From Elsinoe ampelina (lineage: Eukaryota), in assembly GCA_010093995.1 (NCBI GenBank), contig ML992519.1:1-42714 (forward strand): a DNA stretch of 42,714 nt, written 5' to 3'. The translations under genes were made by a program, and so were the position numbers. Below the pieces are notes generated by a model. That model was not told the origin of the DNA. It saw only the letters and a program-made list of their open reading frames with translations, and ran no database searches. Position 1 is the stretch's first letter. Each line of letters begins with the position of its first letter. Shown here one piece after another: positions 23,980-36,700 of this stretch.

Positions 23980-25410
23980 TCAGATGTGGAGGCCGTCCAG
24001 AGATAGCCGCGCCATGTACCCTCCATGCCATGCGCCGTCAGCACAGGAGAGGGGTCGGGTCCCGACACGACGACTTGAGCAGATTTCTACGATCGTCCAA
24101 TCCTTCAAACAGGACTGATTCTCACTTCTCCGAGGAGGATAGAAAGCCGCAGAGGATTCATTCTTGAACCCCTCCAAGCCACGGTGGTGGCGAGCATCGG
24201 CAGGACAATAACATTCTCTGTCTAGACCTCTGTCCATACGTCCTAACATATCCTCGTCGATGACGATACAAGCCGAGGAGTAGTTGACGTGATCATTCTT
24301 CGGATGATCCAGGTATTGAGAAATCCCATGTCGATCAGCCTGCGCATTCCGCGAGCAAGCCTCTCTTCTCAGAATGAGCAGATGGCAAGCCACCGGCTAA
24401 TTCAATGGACAAATACTGGATCGGCAGTTCCAGCATCAACACTTGAGATCTAGAGAATAAGGAATACAGCATGAGCCCTCTTCAAGCAGAAGATCTGGAT
24501 CAACAAGGCGTAGCGAATCGATGAGATCATCAGCAGGATAAGTGAAAGATATAGGGGCACCGGGAAAAAAGTCTATACAGAGCACTAAACCCATGTCGCC
24601 ACCAAGCAGAACCAAGAGGCAGTGTCAATCCGGCTTGGTCTGTCCACTTCGAGCTCGATCTTGACCTTGATCTTGCGACTGTGGATTTCTGAAGACACCG
24701 CCTGTGAAGGTTCTGCTACCTCTGTATGCTCCACACATCTATCATCCACTAATGAGAACGCTTCGATTGACTCTGAGTCCGACATGCTGTGTTAGCTGTA
24801 TACCTCAAACCTCGTCTCCTCCGATGTCGAGAACTCCCAGCATCGCCCAGTATCTCCTCGTTTCATCGGCGATCTCTTGGTGGATCTCATCCGGTAGGTC
24901 ATATGGATCTGATAGGAAAAAGGTCCTCATCAGCCTGTCCAACTCGTCCTCGGATGTGTGATCGCCGTGCTTTCCGACTTCCACCTCAATGTCGAAGAAA
25001 ATTGCGTACTTTTTCTCGATCTGGAGACGTTCCCTGTCCTCTTCTGAGATTTCATCTTCGTCGGAGTAGTCTGCGATCATTTCGGATACGGATGGTCCTT
25101 GGCTACCCTCGCTGATCGACGGGGATAGGATAGCTGAGTGGACGTCGTCTGGCAGGAAGTCAACACAAGAAGTTGATCTCTAAAGATCTGGTAGTTACAA
25201 GCTTAGCTAATCACTACCACAACTATCTTTCCTCCTGACTTGAAGCCTACGGATCTGGTAGTTACAGGCTTAGCTAATAACTACCACAACTATCTTTCCT
25301 CCTGACTTGTTTCCTCCAGACTTGAAGCCTATAGACCCCGTGTGGATGAAGTTATAGGTGTATGCAGTGGGTACTCACCTGAGATAGTGTTGCGTAGGAC
25401 TCAAACATGG
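23980..25410 (-). pseudogene. Degraded or orphan multi-exon gene relic (acidic fragments)
   Basis: Successive coding-like minus-strand fragments (DFLPDDVHS...MIADYSDEDEISEEDRERL, MSDSESIEAF, VLCIDFFPGAP) separated by stops or frame changes, with splice-like signals. No family recognised. Confidence 0.3.
25185..25332. repeat. Tandem duplication of a 67-bp unit, with a further 15-bp internal duplication in unit 2
   Basis: GATCTGGTAGTTACA.GCTTAGCTAAT.ACTACCACAACTATCTTTCCTCCTGACTTG at 25185 and 25252; TTTCCTCCWGACTTG occurs twice in unit 2. Confidence 0.95.
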
Positions 25411-26781
25411 CGGATCGGCAGATGGTGGATGGTCAGTGGAGAGCCATGCATCTCCGCGCCTCGGTATTGAAAGATGGCGATGAGCCGCACCTTGTCACTA
25501 GTCCAACGTTGAAAAGTGATGGCTCTGACTGTTTGTGGGGGTTTCCTGGTTCAGGAGATTACCTCACTGGCAACGTGACCTGTCAAGCTCCTGTCTCAGT
25601 CCACCATTTCATCTGGTGACGATTGACGGGATCAACAAGGCAGGTGAACTATCACTGTGGCAGGAAAGTCTCTCATTTCGAATCCCTACCAGTCTGACAC
25701 GATCAATATACCGGTAGCAGAATCACCCTAAAATTCAAGCACGGTCCGTCATGTATGCAATCGCCATGCGATGATCTTCATGCTACCGACCATGTGGTAG
25801 CTTTAGTGTTCAGCAACAGTCACATCCTTTCACCTCGTCCTCCCAAAAGTCGCCAGTTGCGATGCGGCGGAATCCGACTCGTCGCCTGCTTTCCCAATCA
25901 CAATAACATGGCTTGCTGGACAATCCATGTCAACGACATGTATCATCATCACTCCTCCTGACCTCTCCTCCCCGAAGAACAAGCAAATAGGCGGCTCATA
26001 GCGTCCGCCGTTGAGTCAAGTTTGGATCAGACGGAGGCGTAAAGGCTGGGCATTGCACCAAGCAATCTAAGCTCGGACAAGCTGTCTAGGCAGGCAGGTC
26101 AGTCGAATGATGGCCTGGGAAATTTTCTCGGCCATCTCTTGTCGTCGTTCAAGCATTCTTGTGAGCGACAGAAACATTCAATGTCGGTTCTGAACTTCTT
26201 TGAGCTCGAAAGAACATCACAAACCAGTTCATCATGCTCGAGTCGAACGTTGGGGACCCCATACCCACCTCCCTCTCTTGGTACGTGTTCACGCGAGGAT
26301 CGAAGAGATGCCTCGGCAACTTGACGATTTTTTCGTGTTTCTCCCACAATCTCGACCGTTCCAAGCTCGGCATGTCCCCGGATCAGCCTCTCACCCTCTG
26401 TCACTGGTCCAACATGTCGCTAAGATTGCATCCTTGACGCTAGCTCTCGCTCAGGCCGGCTCTAGAGTTTGGAAATGCCCCATACTGCTCACCAATTCGC
26501 CCCAGACTTTCCCCAGATCGGCCCTCAGTTCGCGCGAGGGGTTGCTCGGTTTGTCATGGGATGCAGCGGTCGTGCCACCTTTCCACGTGTTGAGCTACCA
26601 GGGTAAGGTTTGTGTTCTGGATTTGGCTTGCGCTATGCGTTTCCCTAGTCGTTGAGGCGTCGATCGATGTATAGATAAAGCTCCCCTGCCCCGCCATTCG
26701 ACTGGAGCAGACTAAGTCCTCCTTTCCCCTTCCTCTCTCTTCACATACTTACTCTCCTGTTCTCATCCCAGCTCAATCAAC

Positions 26782-28376
26782 ATGGCTTCCCGCGATCCCG
26801 AAAAGGACATGGGCATCGGCCTCGAGCATGTCGAGTCCACTGGCTCCGCAAATTCGGACAAGATCAACGACGCCCGCATCGCTGCCTTTACTCCAGAAGA
26901 GCAGAGGAAGATCATTCGACGGATCGATATCCGTCTAGTCCTCACTCTGGGCTTCATGTACTGCGTCTCGCTCATGGACCGTACAAACACCTCCATCGCC
27001 GTCGTCGCTGGCATGGGTGTCGACCTTCAGCTGATTGGTTTCCGCTACTCCACCATCGTGCTTGGTATGTTTCTCACTACCACAATATTTACGCACATGA
27101 ACTAACCTCTGCAGTCTTCTTCATCACTTACGTCCTTCTTCAACCACCTGCTACCGTTGTCCTCCGCAAGATTGGGCCCCGTCTCTTCCTACCCACCATC
27201 ACCCTTCTATGGGGATCGGTAATGATTGGCATGGCATTTGTTCGCACCTGGACACAGATGATCCCCCTCAGGCTCCTCCTGGGTGTCTTTGAGGCCGGTT
27301 TCTTCCCGGGTTGCGCGTACCTCTTGTCAACATGGTATCCCCGCTACGAGCTCCAGAAGCGTAACGCCGTCTTCTACCTTATCGGCTCCATGAGCAGCGC
27401 CTTCAGCGGTATCCTCGGATACGGTTTCTCCACTCTCGCAGGAAAGGGCTCCGCCGATGCCTACCTCGGCCAGCACATCGCCCCGACCAAGGCCAACCCT
27501 CGCGGAGGTCAACAAGGGGGCATCGCCGGCTGGCGCTGGATCTTCATGCTCCAGGGTGTCCTGACCGTCATCGTCGCTCTCATCGCCTACTTCACCATCG
27601 TCGACTTCCCCGAACTCGCCTCCAAGAAGGGCGGTCTCGGCATGAAGTTTCTCACAAAGGAAGAATCTGACTTTGTCGTTGCCCGCATCGAGAAGGACCG
27701 TCACGACGCCATCCCCGAGGAGTTCTCCATCGGAAAGTACCTCAAACACGGCCTCGATCTCAAGGTCTGGGCTTTTGCCTCGCTCTTCATGCTCAGCACC
27801 ACCGTCACCTACGCCATCGCTTACTTCCTCCCCATCATTCTCCAGGTCGGCATGGGCTTCAACACCCGCGACGCCCAGTGCCTCATCGCCCCGCCGTACG
27901 TCCTCGCGGCCATTCTCATGTTCGCCTCTGCGTGGCTAGGCGACAAGTACCACCTTCGTTCTCCGATCGTCATGTTCAACGGCGCTCTTTGCCTGATCGG
28001 TCTGGCTCTCCTCGGCTACACCAAGAACGTGGGCGTGCGCTACTTTGGCGTTTTCCTCGCTACTGCGGGATGCAATGCCAACGTTCCCGCCGTGCTTACC
28101 TGGCAAGCGAACAACATCCGTGGGCAGTGGAAGCGTGCCCTCTGCTCTGCTACTCTCGTCGGCGCGGGTGGTATTGGTGGCATCATCGGTTCGACTGTCT
28201 TTAGGGAGCAGGATAAGCCTCACTATCACCCTGGTATGATGGCGACTATGATCGCGTCGGCGTTGATCATTGTCATTTCGCTGCTCTTGGACCTCAAGTT
28301 CTGGAGGGCGAATAAGCGGGTCGATGCCGGTGGAAAGCCAATCGAGGGTCTTGTTGGATTCAAGTATACCTTGTGA
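26782..28376 (+). CDS. MFS transporter, anion:cation symporter family (Tna1/Dal5/phthalate transporter-like); intron 27065-27114
   Basis: RRIDIRL, DRTN, RLLLGVFEAGFFPG, WYPRYE, GWRWIFMLQG, WQANNIRGQWKRA, FKYTL end. Confidence 0.92.
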
Positions 28377-29418
28377 GCTGGTAGTGCTTTTGGTCTGAGA
28401 TATGAGATTAGGAAAAGCGAATCATCGCTGTGAATGAAACAATGTTCAAAATACGTACATGATACTTCACATCTTTATCAATACCAAGGAGGGAGCTGCT
28501 TGCTCCAACGCATTGGGATTCAGCTAACCTCATTGCCGTGATATGTGCCAGCGACACAGCATACGAGCCTCACAAACAACCATGACCTCCTCCAGGTCTG
28601 CGGATCTACAACTCAATCACAACATCAGCGACGAATGATACTCAACCTTCTCGGCGACATGTAGGCTTGGACTTTTGCCCGTTCCCAAGGCATTTGTGAC
28701 TTCGACCAGCCACAGGGATGTCGCAATCCAATTCACAGCTTCTTACACCCAACACACCTATTCCCTCCCTCATACAGTCGCTAGATGGATTCAAACATCA
28801 AGAACCACATTCCGCCGGGTATCAGGAGCAACCGGCGACGTAGCCTTCTTCCTCGTAGTCTCGCAGCACTGGCGACCGACATTGACCCAGAATAGACAAA
28901 GGAGGAGGATCTATACCCGGCGAAAAGAGATATCATCTGTTGTAGAGAGCATACCGTAGCAGAATCCAAATTATGCATACCTCACGTGCCCCGTATGGCG
29001 GGTTTTGTGTTTGCTGAACTTGTTGATTTTGTTTGTATTGCTTGCTTGAAGAACACGATATCGAGCGACCGACATAGCGTTTCTGTACATCCAACACTCG
29101 ACCAGTTCTGCCAGTCTGAAGAGCTCCTGTACGAAAGCACCAATTTTGATTGAGAATGACCCCGGCGACATTGAAATTGAGCACGTCAAATGTGTTCGAG
29201 TATGCCCACTCAGATACCACTAGCAGGTCGTGGATTGTAAGACAAGGTCAGGGTCGAAGATAGATACGAGGATCTGGTAGTTATATTACAGCAGCGAATG
29301 GCCCCTGCCCGCTCCCGAAGATCGCGCGTTAAACCTCTTCACTCTTGCGTCCTTTTTCCGCAATCTGAAATGCGTGGTTAGTTGTAACAGCTATCACAAC
29401 ACGAGTAGATGACTTGAA

Positions 29419-29558
29419 TATCTGGTAGTTACAAACAGAGCCAATAACTACCAGAACTATATCTTATAGTGATTTCAGGCGAATAAGTCCTTATTCCACG
29501 GGGTTATAATTATAGAAAGGTGGAACACACCTGACATAGTACTGCAGATCACTCAAAC
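29419..29558. repeat. Diverged direct copy of 25252-25406, containing a perfect 11-bp inverted repeat
   Basis: TCTGGTAGTTA (29421-29431), 13-nt spacer, TAACTACCAGA (29445-29455). Shared blocks AACTAT, CACCTGA.ATAGT and ACTCAAAC. Additional half-site GATCTGGTAGTTA at 29271-29283. Confidence 0.75.
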
Positions 29559-30661
29559 TTTTGCGAGTGGAGAGGAATCAGCAAGGTATTCATATCCACC
29601 AATGATGCATCCTTGGAAGCCGAGATGCGAGATCTCAGATTAGATTTTCGAGATTACTCCTGGCGTTCGTCACGGCCGAGGTTGCCGGTCAGAGCTGACC
29701 AGGGATAGAGACCAATGCGAGGGTTCTTAGTCATGATGTCGCCACCAAGTCGCCGGACATAGATACTCATCAAGTCGACCATGATTGACCGTTTTTTGAT
29801 CCGGGCGTGGCGCAAAAGCTCCGTGTACACTCCCTGGTTCGGATTTCCCCTCCAAGTAGTAGTCCCCAGCACTTTGACAGGCAATAATGAGCAACGTCGA
29901 CGAAGTCAGAGGTTGCACTGAAAACGGACCATGGTCCCTCCTGCAATATTGATCATTGGAGCGCAAATATGATTGATTTGCATCGTCGGTTTGCCCACTG
30001 CACGATCCCCTGGAATAAAATGGCGTGTCATTTCGCGTACACGTCTCGTATCTGGCACCAGAAAAGATCACTGATCGTGCCCGACAAGATTGATTAAGGG
30101 ATAACTTCGGCACCAGTCTCGTGTCCTTCCTCATAGGCTAATAGCATACGCGAGTGTTTAGCTTCTCATGTCCAACAGTGCTTACTACTGCAGTCATGTG
30201 TGTGTTTCGGATAGCAAATGCGTGCTTGGTCCAGTTGCGTTTCTCTGAAGCCACAGGGTAAAGACCAACAACCTCGAGATAACTTAGTGTAGGAGTACTT
30301 CCAACAGAGTCGGCGGTACGAAAGGGACCAAAACCGGGTCTCTGAGGACTCCAAGGAAACACGATTCAGGGAGAGATCCATGCTTCGGTCAAACTAGAGT
30401 GCAGGAACCGAAGAGAAAAGAGAAAGCCTGCGGGGTGTGCAGCTAAGGGCTCTTGGAGCTTGCTTGTCACGCTAAGGCTCGCTCCACACACCATCTTCCT
30501 CTTCATTTATCGACGCCACTCCAATCTATGGCTTCCGGCTTGGTGCTTCCACCATGCCGCTCGCCGACCGTCTATTTGACTCGTCGACGATGCGATTATC
30601 TTTCTGAAACGAGATCATGGCGTGCAGACATGGCACAATCGCCTGCCATGCAGGTAGGGCC

Positions 30662-30803
30662 TGTTGTAACTGGCAAATCGGATCGAGAGACGTGTGTTTC
30701 ATTCAGAGAGTTACAATAACCGATTTATCTACTGTGCGTGCGCTGACTTATTAGTACCAGTTCTTTAGTACTAGAGAAGCTATACTAGCTTTCTATTATA
30801 ACA
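30662..30803 (-). repeat. 3' LTR of right Copia copy (142 bp)
   Basis: TGTTGTAA...TTATAACA on the + strand, followed by CTCCCTCTCT (PPT on the minus strand). Near-identical to the reverse complement of 1477-1618. Confidence 0.92.
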
Positions 30804-31215
30804 CTCCCTCTCTAGTATAGATTGCTAAAGCTAGAGAACTGTCCTGTTATATATAAGTAAAGTAATTAGCTTATCACTTTATCTCTTTATAATTACTTAT
30901 AACTATTAGTGTTAGCTAATTATTAGTAAGAATTTACTATTAGTTTAGCTTATAATTGCTAGCAATAATAGTAACTATTAATAATAGCTAGGCAGCTATT
31001 GTTTATATAAATAGACTAGCTTATAAGTCTTAATTAAAGAGATATAAGTATCTAACTAGCCTCTTTATAATTTCTCTTTCCTTTATTACACTTATAGTAG
31101 TAGCCTTTTCTTTTATATAACACTTTTACCTTCTTACTATACTATATTAATAACACTTATAATATAAGCGCTATAGTATAGTAATAGCTAGGTATTAGTA
31201 GTATTACTACTAGTG

Positions 31216-31678
31216 TGTTACGAACTAGTAGGACAGCTAAAGCGTAGAGACGTTAGGACTAATTAAACTACTAAGGTTATTATATAACCTGGCCTAATAT
31301 TTACTTAGTTCTCTATCTTCTCTAGTAGCTCTACTCTAGGGACTATAGAGTATATAGGTTACTAGTAGACGTGTACTCTATATTGCCTCTAACTCTCGCT
31401 ACGGAGCATATAGAGTATATAGAGTATATAGTAAAGAATATATATATATAGAAGCAGTTCTTACCTTATATAAGTACTATAGTTAATCTTGTCTAGATAG
31501 CGAACACTAGTATTACTAAGGCTAGCCTTTATAATACTATCTAATTATACTTTATTATCTATAAGATATACCTTCTCTAACTCTTACCTTAGTACTATAC
31601 TACTATAGAAGTAGAACTACCTTATTCTTAGCTTAGCTTAGACTACTAGTGTAGGCTATATTTAGACGGTTTATAACA
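31216..31678 (+). repeat. Gypsy 5' LTR (463 bp)
   Basis: TGTTACGAA...TTTATAACA; colinear with 37777-38239. Confidence 0.95.
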
Positions 31679-31794
31679 TTTTAACTACTCTTACTATAGT
31701 ATAGCACGCTATAAGGTTAATAAGTAACTCTTGCTCTAAGTTACTATTAGTATCTTTAATTGCTAGTAAGCTAGGAAAGCTTACTATTAACGAC

Positions 31795-33786
31795 ATATCT
31801 ACTACTAGTTTAACCTTAGGCAAATATAGAAGGTCTTTTAGTATAGAAGGACAGAGTAGGCCTAAGTTAGAGGTAGAACTCTTCTATAGGGACCGCGCCT
31901 ACTTAAGGCGCTTCCTTGTTTAACTTAAAGCCTTCTTCGCCTTAGAGAGAGATAAGTACGCTAACGACGTAGCAAAGGTTCTCTATGCCGGGATATACCT
32001 TAAAGGCGCTATCTTTAGGTAGTTCGAGCCTTATATAAGTAGCTACCTAGATAGATAACTAGGCCTAGATATAAAGGCTATCTTTAAGAGCTTTAGTATC
32101 TTCTAGGCAAAGATTAAGTAAGTCTTTAACGTATCTAATAAGAAATATATTGCCGTAACGAAGATCTAATAACTATAACAACGTAGGTCTATAGCCTAGT
32201 ACTATTTCTAGTTCTAATAACTTATAATATATCTAGACTAGGACGATAGTGCTAAATACTTAGTATTCTATTAAGGACTAAGCGACTTAGTTAAAGACTA
32301 AATAATACTCGAGCTGCCTAATAGCCTTTAGGAACTAGTAGACACTACGATTGCTATTAATAATAGACTTTACAAACGACATATAGAACATTATAGAGAA
32401 TATAAGGCAAATACTAGATATATACGTTCCTCTCGAAACTATAGAGACCCTATAGAACTTAATACTATATATAAAGGCTATCTCTTATAGGTATAAAGCT
32501 ACGGCTGTAGAGGAAAGTTCCTTAGTAGAAAAGAGAGAGAGAAGTATAGACGAGACAATCTATATTTTAAGTATAAAAGACCTAGGTATCGAGCTAGAGA
32601 CTACTAATAAGGGGCGCTAGCTAATAGATTATATATAATAGTTACTAGGCTAGTAGAGAAAAAGGCTAACACTACTATAGAAGACCTAATAACCTTTAGC
32701 GTAGGTAAGGAAATATAGAAGAAGTCTATAATAACTCGAGAGGTAGTAGAATCCTCTTCGAATATTATACTTAATATCTCTACGACTAATAGTAAACAAT
32801 AAAGCTAATACGTAACACTATTATAGATAGTATATTATAATAACTCTTATTATATTTACTTATTAGACAAGTAGGGATCTAGTTAGTTCCTATATAAGCT
32901 ATCTAAGCATAAGTAACTAACGAAATAGCTAGACTAGGAACCTAACTTAGAAGAGCTCTCTATAATTAGTAGTAATAGTAACTAACCTTAGAAGGTAGTT
33001 AGCGACAGTTACTAATATACGATTATCGAGACGAAGTATTAGAACGTAAGTACTATATAATAATATAGTAGCCTTACCTTTAGCTCTTATAGCGTACTAT
33101 AAGGAAAGGTATATTATATATCGCTCTAGAAATGTACAAATCTAAATTACGAATAGTACTATACTATCTACTTATATAATATACTTAGAGAAGACGCTAT
33201 TAGTCTTAAATACACTATAGACTTCTTAGTAATCGAAATAGGTAGTACTATCCCCTATAGCTAAGTAAGAGAATATACTTAGTATAGCCTTACTAACTAT
33301 AACTATACTAGGAGTAGTAGCGACAAAGAGAAATATAACGAAGAATACACCGAACAACTATAATATAATAATATAGATAAGAACTTATCTAACAATAATA
33401 ACAATAATAGTAATATACTACTACTAGGCGGACGACTTAAAGCATACCTTATAGAGATATAGAGGAATTATATAATAATATACATCTACTACTAGAATAG
33501 GACACTATAAGACGAATCTATATAACTTGTTTTTGTCTTTAATACTAATACCTAGCTATACCTAGAAGGAATAGTTATACTAATATAGGTATATAACACT
33601 ACTTAGTGCAACTAGTAGAGAATTATTAGACTTTATAGTTACTAAGGAACTTAGGCGCTAGAAGTTTACCTTACTATATTAAATAGCGATAAAACACAAC
33701 TTGCCTAATAGATATAGTACTAATAGTAGATACGTGTAGGAAGAGATTAGCTACTTATCTAAGAAGCTATAATAACAAAAAACTAG
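31795..33786 (+). pseudogene. gag: Gypsy gag (RIP-inactivated) with CCHC knuckle and long C-terminal extension
   Basis: De-RIPed ELFYGDR..LRRFL.QL, KVLYAG.YLKG.A..WFEPY, and knuckle CFKCKRPGHRARDC (32563-32604). The frame ends at slippery A AAA AAC TAG (33777-33786). Confidence 0.8.
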
Positions 33787-36700
33787 CTAGTTATTGCCTA
33801 ATAAGGTAAGACAATAATACTAGCTAAAGCCTTAATATAATAAAGATCTATATGTTAAACTACTTTATACTAGAAGTTAAAATATAAGAGAGTAAGGTAA
33901 GAGTAATAATAGATTTAAGAGCTAACTATAGCTACGTCTCTATAATAGTTACTAATTAGCTTAAACCTTATTAATACTAGAAGGAGTTACCTTACTTACT
34001 TACTATAGCGAATAGAACCTCTATAAGGAAGAACAGGAAAGTTACTTAGAAACTATAAAATATTATAATTAAAATTAAAACATATATAGAAAAACGATTA
34101 ATCGATATAGTAGATATATAGTATAATATAGTACTTAGTATAGACTAGCTTTAATAATATAATCTAGACGTAGACTAGATTAAAGAAACACTCGAATTCT
34201 CTAAGTATAATTATAAGACGTAGGAAGTATAATTAGCTCCGCAGATACTAACTATAAGAATAGTATAGGTATAACTAATAGTTAGAGCTATTACTAGCGT
34301 AAGTAATTAAGCACTTCCGCTAGAATATAAAGACTTTAAGGACTTATTTAAAGAAAGGAAAGGTATTATAGCCTTACTCTAATATAAACTATAGAATTAT
34401 AAAATACTCTTTAAAGAGAGTAAATCCCTAATACACTATTAAGGTCTTATACTACTATCGAAATAAGAGAAGAACGTCCTTAAGGACTATATCGATAAGT
34501 ACTTACTTAAAGGATTTATACGACTATTAAAATTACCTATTGTATATAGAGTGCTTTTTATACCTAAAAAGAATAGAATGTTATAAATATATATTAATTA
34601 CTAGAAACTTAATACACTTACTAGGAAGAATCGCTATTCTTTACTAAGGATTAACAAACTTTAAGACTAACTACTTAGAGCTAAATAGTTTACTATAATT
34701 AACATTAGAGATGTCTATTATTAAGTATAAATAAAGAAGAGCGAGAAGTAGAAGATAGCTTTTAGAACGTAATAGGGTCTATATAAGTACCTCGTTATAC
34801 TCTTTAGGTTAACTAACGCTTCTATAACCTTCTAAGAGTTAATTAATAACACTCTATAAGAATACCTTAATAACTTTGTCTTAGCATATTTAGACAATAT
34901 TATTATCTTCTTAAAGATGTACAATAAATATATAGGATATATTTATAAAGTGCTATAGAAACTAAAAGAAAAAGACCTACTAGTAAAGCTCTCTAAGTAT
35001 AAGTTTTATAAATATAAGATACAATTTCTAAGCTATATTATATCTACTAACAGTATTAGACCTAACCTAAAAAAGATTAAGTTAGTAAACGACTAGCTAG
35101 AACCTACTATAGTTAGAGAGATTTAAGCGCTACTAGAGTTCTTTAACTACTACTATAAGTTTATTAAAGAATTCTCTAAGGTAGCTACGCTAATATTTAA
35201 CCTTATAAAGAAAGAAACTAGATTTATCTTCGATAAGAAATGTAAGTAGGCCTTTAAGGAACTAAAGCTTAGACTTATAATAGCACCTATTCTAGTACTC
35301 TTTAACCTAGACTAATAAGCACTACTAGAAATAAATGCCTTAGACTTTATAATAGAAGCGTATCTAGTATAGAAGGACGCGGAAGAATAACGCTACTTAA
35401 TTGTATATTACTTACAAAAAATAACTAGATCTAAACTTAACTACGATATATATAATAAGGAGTTACTTGTAATTATAGAGGCATTCCGCAAATAGAGAGT
35501 ATACCTAGAAGAAATAACCTTACCTATATAAGTCTACACCGACTATAAGAACCTATTATATTAGACAATAACTAAGGTTCTTAATAGATAACAAGTTTGA
35601 TAGTTAGAAACACTTATAAGCTATAACTTTTAGATCTACTATGTTAAGGGATTAGAGAATAGTAGAGTAGACGCTCTTAGCCGATAACTAGATTACTTAA
35701 AGAATATAATAATAATAGAGGCCTCTATACTAAAGTAGTAAGATAGTGCTTTAGTCTATAAGTACCCGAAGGTAAAGTAGTTATATAGCCTTACCTAGGA
35801 GCTTACGTAAGAATAGAAGAAAGAAGTTATTTAAATATACTATAATAACCTAATAGTAGGGCATAGTAGGATTAATAAGACTATTAAACTTATTATATAA
35901 AACTACCTATAGAAAGAACTCCGAAACGATATTAAGACGTATATTGCTATATATAATATATACTATAAGTCTAAGCACTTACGATATAAGCTATATAGCC
36001 TATTATAACTCTTACTACTACTAGATAAACTATAGTAATTAGTTATAATAGACTTTATAGAACCTTTACCGCTATTAGAAGAACCTCTTATAGGTGTAAA
36101 GTATAATAGTATTCTAGTCCTAGTAGATAGGTTTACGAAGTATTACTACTTTATACTATATAAGACAATAGTAACTACCGAGGATATAGCCTTTACCTTC
36201 CTTTAAATAATTGTTTTATAATATAGAGTACTACGAGACCTAATAACTAATAGAGATAAGCTATTTACATTACAATTCTAGTAATTATTTATAGACCTAC
36301 TAGGAGTTAAATATAAGCTATTAACCTCCTTTTATCTATAAACGAACGGACAAACTAAATAGGTAAATTAAGTACTAGAGTAGTACCTACGATACTACTT
36401 AAACTATAAGTAAGACTTATAAGTAACACTATTACTACTTATAGAGCTTGCTATTAATAATAGAAAGTTAGCAAATAGAATTTTACTATTCTATATAAAC
36501 TATAGAATATACCTAGATCTATACTACGACACACTTAGAATTAAGCTAATATCTAAGGACACTAATATACTAGTAGCTAACATTAAGAAACTATATAACT
36601 AGCTATACTACGATATAGTATTTATATTATAAAGAATAGTAGAATTTGCTAACTAGAAGAGAATTGCAGGACTAATTCTATAGGAGAGAGAGAAAGTTTA

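Noticed and set aside
25185..25332. CRISPR-like array
   Set aside because: Eukaryotic context, only two units, no unique spacers and no cas genes.
28675..30600. Short ORFs between the MFS gene and the right LTR
   Set aside because: No recognisable domains and no consistent gene model could be built.
1619..30661. Starship or composite DNA transposon carrying the island as cargo
   Set aside because: No tyrosine recombinase captain or transposase is seen, the flanks are retrotransposon 3' LTRs, and the island contains core genes (EMW1, GON7).
31679..31700. tRNA primer-binding site or self-priming site of the Gypsy element
   Set aside because: RIP damage prevents a convincing match to a tRNA 3' end or to the LTR.
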